This document shows positions 26,141 through 37,840 of a DNA stretch of 64,000 bases, piece by piece. Both the position numbers and the translations under genes were made by a program. Source of the DNA: Hemiscyllium ocellatum (lineage: Eukaryota); assembly GCF_020745735.1 (NCBI RefSeq), contig NC_083435.1, positions 4,565,905 through 4,629,904 of the forward strand, given 5' to 3'. The notes under the pieces are model-generated. The model saw only the letters and a program-made list of their open reading frames with translations, had not been told where the DNA came from and made no database searches. Each line of letters opens with the position of its first letter. Position 1 is the first letter of the stretch.

Positions 26141-28051
26141 TCAATCAACCTCCTCAATTGTTGGGCCACTGAAGGCATTTTCTTTGCCAGCTTGGTCACC
26201 AAGGCCAACAGGCACACCACCCTGATATAACTTGGCAAGAATGGGGTTGCAGATGTTCTCGAGCTTCTTCAGCTGATCATCATACTCCTGCTGATCTGCA
26301 TCCTGGTGTGTCTCCAGCCAGGATATGGTTTGGTTACATGTTTCAATTACTTTCTTCTTATCTTCCTCACTAATCCTGCCACTTATTTTCTCTTCTTCTG
26401 CTGAATTCTTCATATTGAAAGCATATGACTCCATGGAATTTTTAGCTGAGATTTTTTTGCGTTGGAGATCATCTTGGGCTTTGTAACTTTCTGCATCCTG
26501 CACCATCCTCTCAATCTCCTCCTTACTCAGCCTGCCCTTGTCATTGCTGATGGTGATCTTGTTCGATTTGCCAGTGCTCTTATCAATGGCAGAGACATTC
26601 AAGATGCCATTGGCATCGATATCAAAGGTGACCTCAATCTGAGGCACACCGCGAGGGGCAGGAGCAATGCCACTCAACTCAAATTTACCCAGGAGATTGT
26701 TGTCCTTGGTCATGGCTCTCTCCCCTTCATACACCTGAATAAGGACACCAGGCTGGTTATCAGAGTAGGTGCTGAAGATCTGGGTCTGCTTGGTGGGAAT
26801 GGTGGTGTTGCGCTTGATGAGTGCAGTCATGACACCTCCTGCTGTCTCGAGACCCAGAGACAGGGCAGCGACATCCAGGAGAAGTAGGTCCTGAACATTC
26901 TCTGACTTGTCCCCCATCAGAATAGCTGCTTGAACAGCTGCCCCATAGGCCACAGCCTCATCAGGATTGATGCTCTTGTTCAGCTCCTTGCCACTGAAGA
27001 AATCTTGCAGCAGTTTCTGGATCTTGGGGATGCGAGTGGAGCCCCCAACCAAGACAAGGTCATGGATCTGTGACTTGTCCAACTTGGCATCTCTCATAGC
27101 TTTCTCCACTGGTTCCAGAGTCCCTCTGAGCAGATCAGTATTGAGTTCTTCAAACCGAGCCCTGGTGATGGAGGTGTAGAAGTCTAAGCTTTCATACAGC
27201 GAGTCAATCTCAATATTGGCTTGTGTGCTGGAAGACAGGGTTCTCTTGGCTCTTTCACAGGCTGTCCTCAGCCTCCTGACTGCCCTCTTGTTCTCACTGA
27301 TGTCCTTCTTGTATTTCCGCTTGAACTCTTCAATGAAGTGATTGACCATGCGGTTATCAAAATCCTCTCCTCCCAAGTGGGTGTCACCAGCCGTTGATTT
27401 CACTTCAAAGATACCATCGTCAATGGAGAGAATAGACACATCGAAGGTGCCACCCCCCAGGTCAAAGATGAGAACGTTGTGTTCTCCTCTGCCCTTCTTG
27501 TCCAGGCCGTAGGCAATGGCAGCTGCTGTTGGCTCATTGATGACACGGTGGACATTGAGGCCAGCGATCACACCAGCATCTTTGGTTGCCTGGCGCTGGG
27601 AGTCATTGAAGTAAGCAGGCACTGTGATAACAGCGTTGGTGACAGGGTGTCCCAGGTAGGCCTCTGCTGTCTCCTTCATTTTGGTCAGCACCATGGAAGA
27701 GATTTCCTCAGGGTAAAAGGTCCTATTGACACCTTTGTATTCGACCTTGACCTTGGGCTTCCCTCCATCATTCACCACCTGGAAGGGCCAGTGCTTCATG
27801 TCAGACTGGACAACTGGGTCATTGAACCTCCTCCCGATGAGCCTCTTGGCATCAAAGACAGTATTCTGGGGGTTCAGAGCCACCTGGTTCTTGGCAGCAT
27901 CTCCGATGAGCCTCTCAGTGTCGTTGAAGGCCACGTAGCTGGGGGTAGTGCGGTTGCCCTGGTCATTGGCGATGATCTCCACCTTGCCATGTTGGAAGAC
28001 CCCAACGCAGGAGTAGGTGGTGCCCAGGTCAATACCAACGGCTGTGGGCAT
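26141..28051 (-). CDS. HSP70: Cytosolic heat shock 70 kDa protein, copy 2 (intronless, 636 aa)
   Basis: All three HSP70 signatures, ends GPTIEEVD; AATAAA on minus at 25819-25824. Confidence 0.97.
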   Translation of the reverse strand: MPTAVGIDLGTTYSCVGVFQHGKVEIIANDQGNRTTPSYVAFNDTERLIGDAAKNQVALNPQNTVFDAKRLIGRRFNDPVVQSDMKHWPFQVVNDGGKPKVKVEYKGVNRTFYPEEISSMVLTKMKETAEAYLGHPVTNAVITVPAYFNDSQRQATKDAGVIAGLNVHRVINEPTAAAIAYGLDKKGRGEHNVLIFDLGGGTFDVSILSIDDGIFEVKSTAGDTHLGGEDFDNRMVNHFIEEFKRKYKKDISENKRAVRRLRTACERAKRTLSSSTQANIEIDSLYESLDFYTSITRARFEELNTDLLRGTLEPVEKAMRDAKLDKSQIHDLVLVGGSTRIPKIQKLLQDFFSGKELNKSINPDEAVAYGAAVQAAILMGDKSENVQDLLLLDVAALSLGLETAGGVMTALIKRNTTIPTKQTQIFSTYSDNQPGVLIQVYEGERAMTKDNNLLGKFELSGIAPAPRGVPQIEVTFDIDANGILNVSAIDKSTGKSNKITISNDKGRLSKEEIERMVQDAESYKAQDDLQRKKISAKNSMESYAFNMKNSAEEEKISGRISEEDKKKVIETCNQTISWLETHQDADQQEYDDQLKKLENICNPILAKLYQGGVPVGLGDQAGKENAFSGPTIEEVD

Positions 28052-28159
28052 GATCTCCTAAATCGGACTGGCCCTTCGTGACAAACTGCACTAGATCTGC
28101 TCAGCTCCTTCTGTCACGGTTGACATCGACCAGTTGCTTATTTCCGGAGAGGGGGCAGT

Positions 28160-28174
28160 GTTCGGGAATGTTCG
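28160..28174. promoter_or_regulatory. Heat shock element upstream of HSP70 copy 2
   Basis: gTTCg gGAAt gTTCg: three perfect alternating nGAAn units 109 nt upstream of the ATG; CCAAT at about 28250. Confidence 0.75.
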
Positions 28175-30997
28175 TGTGGAACCCCCGGCAGTTGTAGCAA
28201 TGCACAACGCAAACGTCCGCGTCTTGAGAACGCTGGGGCATGGCACGGGCCAATGGCCGAGCTCGCTACACCGTTGCCACAACAACCGGACAGTTGCATC
28301 ATTCCAGTTCAGCGCGCGAAATTCCGAAGCCCACGCTCAACATCCAGGGGCGTGTTTCTATTGTGTATTGACCTCGCGCTTCCACCTCACCATGCAGTAT
28401 CTGGCTGTCGGCTAGCTCAATTGGTTGGACGGCTAGTTTCCGATGAAAGATGATGCTGGTGGCCTGGATATTAATTCTGGCACAGGCTGAGGTTACTTTG
28501 AAGGTCTCTCCTTCTTAACACCTCCCCTGGCCTGAGGCGCGGCGAGGCTCAGATTAAACCACCATCAGTTTTTTTCTCTCTCTGTCTGTCTCTAATTGCA
28601 GCATGGGACCATGGCAACTTTCAAATTCAATGAACGATGCAGGTGCATTTTTCAAGTTTGATCCAAAAAACAGTTGTCAGTCCTGATCCTCCAGAAGTCC
28701 ACAAGAAATAGGAACAGGAATAGGCCATTGTACCCCTTGAGCACAAGATCGTCGGTGGTCTGACGTTCCTCATGTCCATTTTTCTGTCTTTTTCCTGCAA
28801 CCCTACCTCAAAAGAAACAGTGTCTTTGAACAAGCATTTGTCTGGCCAAGTGTAGCCTTTAACGACTCACTGTGACACTTTGTTTTACAATGTTCCGTGA
28901 AGCCTCTGTGAAATATATTACTATTATTTTAAAGATGCTTTATAAACATAAATTGTGGCAGAAATTATCAAAATATTTTCCAAATTTGTGTGGATAATTT
29001 TAAAATGTCAGTGTACAAACATATGAAAATGGAGCAAAAATAAGCCACACTCCTCCCCACCTGCGAGTGTAGAAACATATTCGCATTTTCTAAAGCACTC
29101 TTGTATTTCGTTTTAGTCATTCCGGAGGAGTAGGCTTCACTGATTGGACTTGCATTTATTGTCTCACCCGAGTTACCATTGAGAGGATGTGGTCGGTTGC
29201 TTTCTTGTATCGCGGCAGTCCGTTTGGTGTAAATACTGTCCATTTGGTGTAAATACACTCACAATGCGACTTTGGAAGGGAGCACCAGGATTTTGATCCA
29301 GTGTCACTGAAGGAACAATACATTTGCAGTATATTCCAATCTGAGGGTGGTCAGCAATTTGGAGGGAACTTGCAGGTAATGGTGCCCTAATGTATCTGTT
29401 GCTTTGGCCTTCTAGATTGTAGCAAGTCATGAGTCTGAAAGGTATTGATAAACGAGCCTGAGTGAATTTCTGCAGTGCATCTTGGAGATGGTACCCACTG
29501 TTGCTATTTAGAGTCAGTAGCGGATGTTTGTGGATGCATGTGCCTGTTGAAAGAGCCTTTTTTTTGTCGTAACCCATTTAATTTCTTAATAAATTGATTC
29601 TACTTTTTAAGTGATTCATATCCTACATTACATGCAAAACTAAAAGGAACACAACAGGGGAAAGGCTGGAAACAAAATGTCATTACATAATTGCATAGCT
29701 GATCAGGAAACATAATGATGGAACAGTTACATATGTTGGATCCTTATAACATACCAAGTGTTCTGAAGTATTCATTTAACAGACATTGAAGACTGGTACT
29801 TGTACAATTCCCCTCCCAAATACTTTGTATTTGCATAAAAATGAGCTTTGCTGCCGTGAGTAGTGCAATGAAGTCTCCCATGCCCTCTCCAACTTCTTCA
29901 TAATTTTCCAACCTGATTCCAAGATGTTTGTAAACTGATTAATCATGAATCGATTGTAAATTGTTGAAAAAACAAATTTGATGCACTAATGTCTTTTAGG
30001 AAAGAAAATTGCTATCCTTACCTGGTCTGGCCTAACCGTGACTCCACTCCAGTTGACACTTAACTGCTCTCAGGGTAATTAGCGATAGCAATAAATACTG
30101 CCCTACCTAACGACACACTCATTTCACGAATGAATGTTTTTAAAAAACTGAAATGCTCTGTTTGTTCTCAATTCTCAACCATTCATCAAATTTTACCCAT
30201 AAATAGTAGTTTTGGCACACAAGATGGCCATGTAGCCTACTGCATCCATGCCTTGTTCCTGTGGAGTGGAGGTTTGTAGAGGTTTAGCAAGTCACAAGGT
30301 CCATGTCAATATCAGTCACTGTGCGAAGAGAAATACTGTTCACTACTAGCCTGAATCTCTTATCCAAAACCTTAACCCCTTTTGGATTAGTCCTTTGACC
30401 ATCAGCTAATGGGAACAGCTCAACTGTGCCTACTTCATCTTAGCAGGTCAGAATCTTGTTCACCTTCGTTAAATCTCCCCTCAATGTCCATTACCTCAAG
30501 GGTAACAGCCCCAAGTTATCCAGTCTAACCTTAAACCATAGCTAATCTTGTTATCTCATCCCTAAAACAATTCTGGCCAACCTGCTCTGCACCTTCAAGG
30601 ATCCTCGCATTTTTCTTAAAAGGTTGACCAGAACTGGAACACAACCTTGTTGTTGTGGCATGATTACAGCTTTGTGAATGTTCAGCATAAACTCTAAGAT
30701 ATTGAACTCAATGCCTCTATTTCTAAAACCAGAGATGCTATACTTTATTTGATATTTAAATATTCTGCAGCCTTCCAAGATCAACGTGCATGAGGCCCCA
30801 AGTCCCTCTGTCTGGAACTGTGTTCTGAAGTCTATATTGCCTCTCCTTATCTGTTCTGTAAAAGTGCATCATCTCACATCAGTGTTAAATTCCATCCGCC
30901 TACTGTCTCCTAGTTTACTTGTGTCTTGTTACAGTTAATTGGTGTCATCCTTACCTGTGAATTTAGCATCGTTGCCAGATCTTGAAATGTTACTATA

Positions 30998-31506
30998 TGT
31001 TGGAGATGAAATGAATTATTGCAGTGTGTGACTTGCTCATAGCAGTCCAATTTAGACACGTAATCGCTGCGCACAAACCTTGAGTTATTGACTGTTTATT
31101 TGTGAGCTCACAGGGACAGACAAGTCAACCTAATGGTCACAAGTCACTCCGACCAAATACAAAGAGTTGCATGGTTATATAGGTTACAATCATTTAACAA
31201 TTAGCAATTAGCAAACTGTTAATTGAACCATAATGAGTAAATGGGCAATCGGCCCAGTGTCTAGTACCAGTCATGTAGCTGCCTGGACAATACTGGTTAG
31301 TAGTTGATAAGCAAATGTTAGTATAACAATAGATTCTTGTAAGAGAAGAACATTCCTTTACTTGGAAAGAGTTGACTATCAGGTGCTAGTTCAGCTGCAA
31401 GGTCAGCCTGGGAACGTACAAGCAGACACTAATATGAAAATCAAAATGGATTCCAGGCTTTAATATGTGACAAAATGGCTGTTTGGGTTATAACAAATCT
31501 CCCACA
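30998..31506 (-). mobile_element. Solo LTR (509 bp) inserted in an old CR1 fragment
   Basis: TG...CA ends with 10-bp terminal inverted repeat TGTTGGAGAT / ATCTCCCACA; TATATAA (about 31175) then AATAAA (about 31098) on minus. Confidence 0.7.
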
Positions 31507-32359
31507 ATGTATTCCTATATCCAATCTAACTGTCTAAAATACAGGGGGAGCACGGCCATCTCCCATCCTCTGTTTCACTTCCAAAGGGTTACAAAAATGT
31601 GAAATATGAGAACACACAGTAGAAGGTGGGAGAAGTCCTGAAGGCAACTTACTGAAATGACCTGTCTCTGCACAGATGCTATCAGACCTGCTGAGTTTTT
31701 CCAGCAGTTTTTGTTTTTATTTCTGATTTCCAGGATCCAAAATTCTTTACTTTTGTTGTTGTTGTTGAAGATGATGTTCGGATTGTTTTCCTTGGAGAGG
31801 AGGGAGCAACTGAAAAATATGTTGCTGGAAAAGTGCAGCAGTTCAGGCAGGAGGTAGCAGAGGAGATTTGGTAGAGGTTTTCAAAATCAAGGGCAGGCTA
31901 GACAGAGGAGAGATAGAGAAGTTTTTTTCCCAGTTGAAAGAGAGAAAAAAAATGAGAGTGTTTCTTTAAGGTGATGTGCAAATGAAACAAGTGTGCTATG
32001 AGGAAAAGAAAACCTTTCACACAACAAATATTTAGGGTGTGGAATGTACTGCCTGGAAATATGGTGGAGATAGGTTCAGTTGAGGAGGGTATTGGATGAC
32101 TATTTGGATGGAAATAGTATGCAGGGATATGGGGAAAAGGCAGAAAATTGGCATTGAATCAGTGCAGACATAATGGGCTAGTTGGCTTCCTTCTGCACTG
32201 TTACAATTCTGTGATTCTAAACTGAGAAGTTCTGTGGTCATAATTGAGTTAATTGGAAACAGAGACCTACCTGCCACTGTAAGGTGACCCCAAGCCTCAT
32301 CAAAGTAGAACTAATTGTCATAGTTTCCCAAGCAACATTCACCCAACCAGGAAAAAGAA

Positions 32360-34985
32360 CTGAAGAGCCCCAATAGTCAGGGGGAGAAATAAATTTGTAA
32401 GGAGATCTCAGTTATCTGTACGAATGATAGGGTGGTTATGGTAGGGGATTTTAACTTTCCTAATATAGACTGGGACTGCCATACTGTTAAGGGCTTGAAT
32501 GGAGAGGAATTCGTTTCATGTGTGCAACATTTTTTTTTATTCAATATGTGGATGTAACTACTAGAGAAGATGCAAAACTTGACCTACTCTTGGGAAATAG
32601 GCAGGGCAAGTGACTGATGTGTTGGGGGGAGAGGGGAGCACTTTGAGACCAGCAACCAAAATTCTATTAGTTTTAAATAGAAAAGGATACACCAGATCTA
32701 AAAATTGAAGTTCTAAATTGGAGGAAAAACAATTTTGACAGTATTAGGCAAGAACTTTCAAAAGTTGATTGGGCATGGATGTTTGCATGTAAAGGAACAG
32801 CTGGAAAATGGGTAGCCTTCAATAACAAGAGTCCAGAGACAATATATTTCTGTTATGGTGAATGTCAAAGGTGCAGGGAATGCTGGATGACTGGAAAAAA
32901 TTAGGTTTTTGTCAAGAAAAAGAAGGAACCATGGGTCAGGTATAGACAGCAGAAATCAAGTGAATCTCTGGAAGAGCATAAAGGCAGTGGGACTATCCGT
33001 CAAGAGGGAAATCAGGAGGGCAAAAAGGTGACATGGGGCAGCTTTGACAAATAGGGGGAAAAGGCAATTCAAAAGGAATTTCACAAATACGTTAAGGACA
33101 AAAGGCTAATGAGGAAGAGAATAAGGCTGCATAAAGAAGATAGTAAGTGAGCATTTTGCATCAGTGTTTATTGTGGAGGAGGATATGGAAGATAGAGGAC
33201 ATGGAAAAAGAAAATGTCCATATTAAAGAGGAGGCAGTGCTGGATGTGTTAAAACACAAAGCTGGTACATCTCTGGGACCTGATCAGGTGTACTCTAGAA
33301 CTTTGTGGAACGCTCAGAAAGCGATTGTTGGGCCCCTTGCTGAGATATTTTTATCACTAATAGGTGGTGAGCAAGTTGTTGGATGGAATCCTGAGAAATA
33401 GGATTTACATATATTTGGAAAAGCAAAAACTGATTAGGGATAGTCAACATGTGTTTATGCGTGAGAAATTGTGTCACACTAACTTGTTGAGTTTTTTGAG
33501 GAAATAACAAAGAGGATTGATGAGGGCAGAGCTGTTGTTGTGACCTGTATGGACTTCAGTAAGTGGGGTGGGCAAGGTTCCTCATGGTAGACTGGTTAGT
33601 AAGGATAGATCTCTGGAATACAGGAAGAACTAGCTATTTGGATACAAAACTAGCTTAAAAGTTGAAGACAGAGAATGGTGGTGGAGGGTCGCTTCTCAGA
33701 CTGGAGGCCTGTGACCAGCAATGTACCAATCCACTGATTATTATTATTTATATAAATGACTTGGATGTTATCATGGGGAGGTGATAGCCTAGTGGTATTA
33801 CCACTAGAGTGTTAAATTGTTGGACCTGGCTTCAAACCCCACCATGGCAGACAGTGTAATGTGAATTCAATAAAAATCTGGAATTAACAGTCTGATGATG
33901 ACCATGAATCCATTGTCAATTGTTGAAAAAACCCACTTGGATCACCAATGTCCTTCAGGGAAGGAAGCTGCCACCCTTACCTGGCCTGGCCAACACATGA
34001 CTCCACACCCACAGCCATGTGATTGACTCTTAACTGCCCTCTGGGCAATCAGGGATGGGGAATTAATGCCACCTAGCTAATCACACCCTAATTCCATGAA
34101 ATAATAAAATAATGAATGCCAGAGGTATGGTTATTAAGTTTGGAGATGACACCAAAATTGATAGTGTAATGGACAGCGAAGGTTGTCAGTAAAACAGGAT
34201 TTTGATCAGATGGGCCAATGGGCAGAAGAGTGGCAGATGGAGTTTAATTTAGATAAACGTGAACGGTTGCATTTTGGAAAGGTAAATCAGGGTAGGACTT
34301 ATGCACTTCTTGACAAGATCCTGGGGAAGCGTTGGTGAACAAAGAGACATTGGAGTGCAGATTCATAGTTCCTTTAAAGTGGAATCATAGGTCAATAGGA
34401 TAGCAAAGAAGGCATTTGGTACGCTCGCCATTATTGCTCAGTACATTGAGTAAGTGTTTTGGGAGGTCATTTTGCGGCTGTAACGGACTTGGTTACGCCA
34501 CTTTTGGAATATTGTGTGCAATTCTGGTCTCCCTCTGAATCGCAAAGATGTTGTGAAACCCAAAAGGGTTCAGAAATGATGAACAAGAATGTTGCCAGCG
34601 TTGGAGAGTTATCAGGAGGGGCTGAATAGCCTGGGGCTGTTTCCACCAGAGCATCAGAGGCTGAGTTTATAAAAGCATGAGGGGCATGGATAAGCTGAAT
34701 AGTCAAAACTAGAGGGCATAAAATTTAAAGCCAGAGAGGAAAGATTTAAAACAAACCTGGAGTGATTTTTTTTAAAAACAACATGCAGCGTGTGCTGACT
34801 ACATGAAATGAGCTGCAAGAGGAACTGGTACAATTAAAGCATTTGAAAGGCATCTGGATGGGTAAATGAATTGGAAGGGAACGAGAGAGATATGGGTCAA
34901 ATGGGAATCTACTTCTTTAGGATAGTCGGTCAGCATGGATGTATTTGACTGCAGGGTCTGTTTCCATGCTTAACAGGTTGATGTC
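32360..34985 (+). mobile_element. Long degenerate CR1 ORF2 fragment
   Basis: GDFNFP, LDLLLGN, KFGDD, WQMEFN remnants and CR1 3' tail; many stops. Confidence 0.85.
33776..34112 (+). mobile_element. Deu-domain (SacSINE1-like) tRNA SINE inserted into CR1
   Basis: tRNA-like head (tagcctagtgg..gcttcaaaccc), central conserved block ggaaggaagctgcc..cttacctgg..tgactcc; related pieces at about 1170-1300, 29930-30140, 59900-60220. Confidence 0.65.
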
Positions 34986-35536
34986 AGAGGCAAGTTATCT
35001 AACTGCCGTTCCATACATTCCTTGTCAATGTAACAAGGACTATTGGCAGCAAGCAAACAAAACTATTACATTTTTAACCATCTAGGAAAACACTATGACA
35101 AGTGATCATTTAAAGTTTTTTCGTAGTATTGCCAGGAAATGGTTTACCACTTCACCCCTAATTGAATTCCTTGGGAACTGTTCTGTTATTAATCAGTGCA
35201 GCTTAATTCTAATTCAACAGAAAAGGAGCACAATAATGAATTTTAATTAAAGTTTATTGAAGACATTCAAGTTTTGAAGTGCACTTCAAAAAAATCTCAT
35301 ATCCTCCAACAACAGTTTAAATTTAAAAAAACACAACAGCATAGATTTAAAATACAGTCAAATAAGGAACATGCAACATACAGACATGAAAAAAATTGCT
35401 TTCCTTCCAACTGGAACCAAAGTCTCGTGAGAGAAATATTGAATAACTCCACTGCATTATCCACAATGAGCATAAGCAACACAACCATACAGGCAACATT
35501 TAACACAAGTCACTGAAGCAAAAGTTCCTTTGTCTT

Positions 35537-37465
35537 TTAATCCACCTCCTCCACTGTTGGTCCTGTGTAAGTAGCATCTCCAGCTTGGGTTCTGCAAGAT
35601 CCCCTGGCTGCTCCTGCTCCTCCTTGGTACAGTTTGGAAACAATTGGACAGCAGAGCTTTTCCAGTTCTTTCTGCTTGTGCTCAAACTCCTCCTTGTCTG
35701 CCATCTGATTCTTCTCCAGCCAGGATATGGCCTGGTTACACTGCTCAATAACTTTCTTCCTATCATCCTCACTGATCTTAGTTTTCACATTCTCATCCTC
35801 CACTGTGCTCTTCATGTTGAAGGCATAGGACTCCAGACTGTTCTTGGCTCCGATCCTTTCCCGCTGGGCTTCATCCTCATTCTTGTACTTTTCTGCATCT
35901 TGTACCATCCTCTCAATCTCCTCCTTACTCAGCCTGCCCTTGTCATTGCTGATTGTGATCTTGTTCGATTTGCCAGTGCTCTTATCAATGGCAGAGACAT
36001 TCAATATGCCATTGGCATCGATATCAAAGGTGACCTCAATCTGTGGCACACCGCGAGGGGCAGGAGCAATGCCACTCAACTCAAATTTACCCAGGAGATT
36101 GTTGTCCTTGGTCATGGCTCGCTCCCCTTCATACACCTGAATAAGGACACCAGGCTGGTTATCAGAGTAGGTGGTAAAGATCTGGGTCTGCTTGGTGGGA
36201 ATGGTGGTGTTGCGCTTGATGAGTGCAGTCATGACACCTCCTGCTGTCTCGAGACCCAGAGACAGGGCAGCGACATCCAGGAGAAGTAGGTCCTGAACAT
36301 TCTCTGACTTGTCCCCCATCAGAATAGCTGCTTGAACAGCTGCCCCATAGGCCACAGCCTCATCAGGATTGATGCTCTTGTTCAGCTCCTTGCCACTGAA
36401 GAAATCTTGCAGCAGTTTCTGGATCTTGGGGATACGGGTGGAGCCCCCAACCAAGACAAGGTCATGGATCTGTGACTTGTCCAACTTGGCATCTCTCAGA
36501 GCTTTCTCCACTGGTTCCAGAGTGCCTCTGAACAGGTCAGCATTCAGCTCCTCAAACCGAGCCCTGGTGATGGAGGTGTAGAAGTCAATGCCTTCAAATA
36601 GAGAGTCAATCTCAATACTGGCTTGTGTGCTGGAAGACAGGGTTCTCTTGGCTCTTTCACAGGCTGTCCTCAGCCTCCTGACTGCCCTCTTGTTCTGACT
36701 GATGTCCTTCTTGTATTTCCGCTTGAACTCTTCAATGAAGTGATTGACCATGCGGTTATCAAAGTCCTCTCCTCCTAAGTGGGTGTCACCAGCCGTTGAT
36801 TTCACTTCAAAGATACCATCGTCAATGGAGAGAATAGACACATCGAAGGTGCCACCCCCCAGGTCAAAGATGAGAACGTTGTGTTCTCCTCTGCCCTTCT
36901 TGTCCAGGCCGTAGGCAATGGCAGCTGCCGTTGGCTCGTTGATGACACGAAGGACATTGAGGCCAGCGATCACACCAGCATCTTTGGTTGCCTGGCGCTG
37001 GGAGTCATTGAAGTAAGCAGGCACCGTGATAACAGCATTGGTGACAGGGTGTCCCAAGTAGGCCTCAGCAATGTCCTTCATCTTGGTCAGCACCATGGAA
37101 GAGATTTCCTCAGGGTAAAAGGCTTTATCCTCCCCCTTGTATTCAACTTTGACCTTGGGCTTTCCTCCATCATTCACCACCTTGAATGGCCAGTGCTTCA
37201 TGTCAGACTGGACAACCTGGTCGTCGAACCTCCTCCCGATGAGCCTCTTGGCATCAAAGACGGTATTCTGGGGGTTCAGAGCCACCTGGTTCTTGGCAGC
37301 ATCTCCGATGAGCCTCTCAGTGTCATTGAAGGCCACGTAGCTGGGGGTGGTGCGGTTACCCTGGTCATTGGCGATGATCTCCACCTTGCCATGTTGGAAG
37401 ACCCCAACACAGGAGTAGGTGGTGCCCAGGTCAATGCCAATGGCTGTTCCTTGAGCTGCAGGCAT
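35537..37465 (-). CDS. HSP70: Cytosolic heat shock 70 kDa protein, copy 3 (intronless, 642 aa from ATG 37465), probably the main heat-inducible copy
   Basis: HSP70 signatures, ends GPTVEEVD; ATG at 37463-37465 ([10 protein letters not shown]); AATAAA on minus at 35253-35258. Confidence 0.97.
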   Translation of the reverse strand: MPAAQGTAIGIDLGTTYSCVGVFQHGKVEIIANDQGNRTTPSYVAFNDTERLIGDAAKNQVALNPQNTVFDAKRLIGRRFDDQVVQSDMKHWPFKVVNDGGKPKVKVEYKGEDKAFYPEEISSMVLTKMKDIAEAYLGHPVTNAVITVPAYFNDSQRQATKDAGVIAGLNVLRVINEPTAAAIAYGLDKKGRGEHNVLIFDLGGGTFDVSILSIDDGIFEVKSTAGDTHLGGEDFDNRMVNHFIEEFKRKYKKDISQNKRAVRRLRTACERAKRTLSSSTQASIEIDSLFEGIDFYTSITRARFEELNADLFRGTLEPVEKALRDAKLDKSQIHDLVLVGGSTRIPKIQKLLQDFFSGKELNKSINPDEAVAYGAAVQAAILMGDKSENVQDLLLLDVAALSLGLETAGGVMTALIKRNTTIPTKQTQIFTTYSDNQPGVLIQVYEGERAMTKDNNLLGKFELSGIAPAPRGVPQIEVTFDIDANGILNVSAIDKSTGKSNKITISNDKGRLSKEEIERMVQDAEKYKNEDEAQRERIGAKNSLESYAFNMKSTVEDENVKTKISEDDRKKVIEQCNQAISWLEKNQMADKEEFEHKQKELEKLCCPIVSKLYQGGAGAARGSCRTQAGDATYTGPTVEEVD

Positions 37466-37579
37466 GTTGATCAAAGTCTGTGGTCGAACTGAGTCTTCTC
37501 CTCTTCTGTGGAGAGCTCCCTTCTGTCTGTCTCAGTGACCGAGCTGTCACTCAGTATCCAATCAATGCCAACCACTCTG

Positions 37580-37840
37580 ATTGTGACGCTCGCTGGGAGC
37601 TGCGGCCCTTTAAATAGAATACGTGGGCGTTCCCGGGGAGGCTGGGCTGGGTGATTGGCGGTGGGGCGGACCAATGGTGGGGCGCGGCGGTGAGGTCACG
37701 GCGGAATGTTGTGGAAGGTTCTGAGGCGGCGGCCAATGAGAGGCGCGGACGGTTCCGCGAGACGCCGAGAGTCCGGGAGTGTTCTGGAAGGAGCGAGCCC
37801 GGGGAAGAAGGTTCTGGAAAGAGGCGGAAATTTCCAGCGG
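37580..37840 (-). promoter_or_regulatory. HSP70 copy 3 heat-inducible promoter: TATA, CCAAT, GC boxes, three HSE arrays
   Basis: TATTTAAA 37609-37616; three CCAAT boxes 37652-37738; HSEs gGAAt gTTGt gGAAg gTTCt (37703-37722), gGAGt gTTCt gGAAg (37776-37790), aGAAg gTTCt gGAAa gaggc gGAAa tTTCc (37806-37835). Confidence 0.88.

Noticed and set aside
18011-37492. Long plus-strand ORFs antisense to the HSP70 genes (for example 27479-28081, 35585-36289, 36881-37492)
   Set aside because: Well-known by-product of HSP70 codon usage; broken by stops at different places in each paralogue, mostly non-ATG starts, no independent domain signal.
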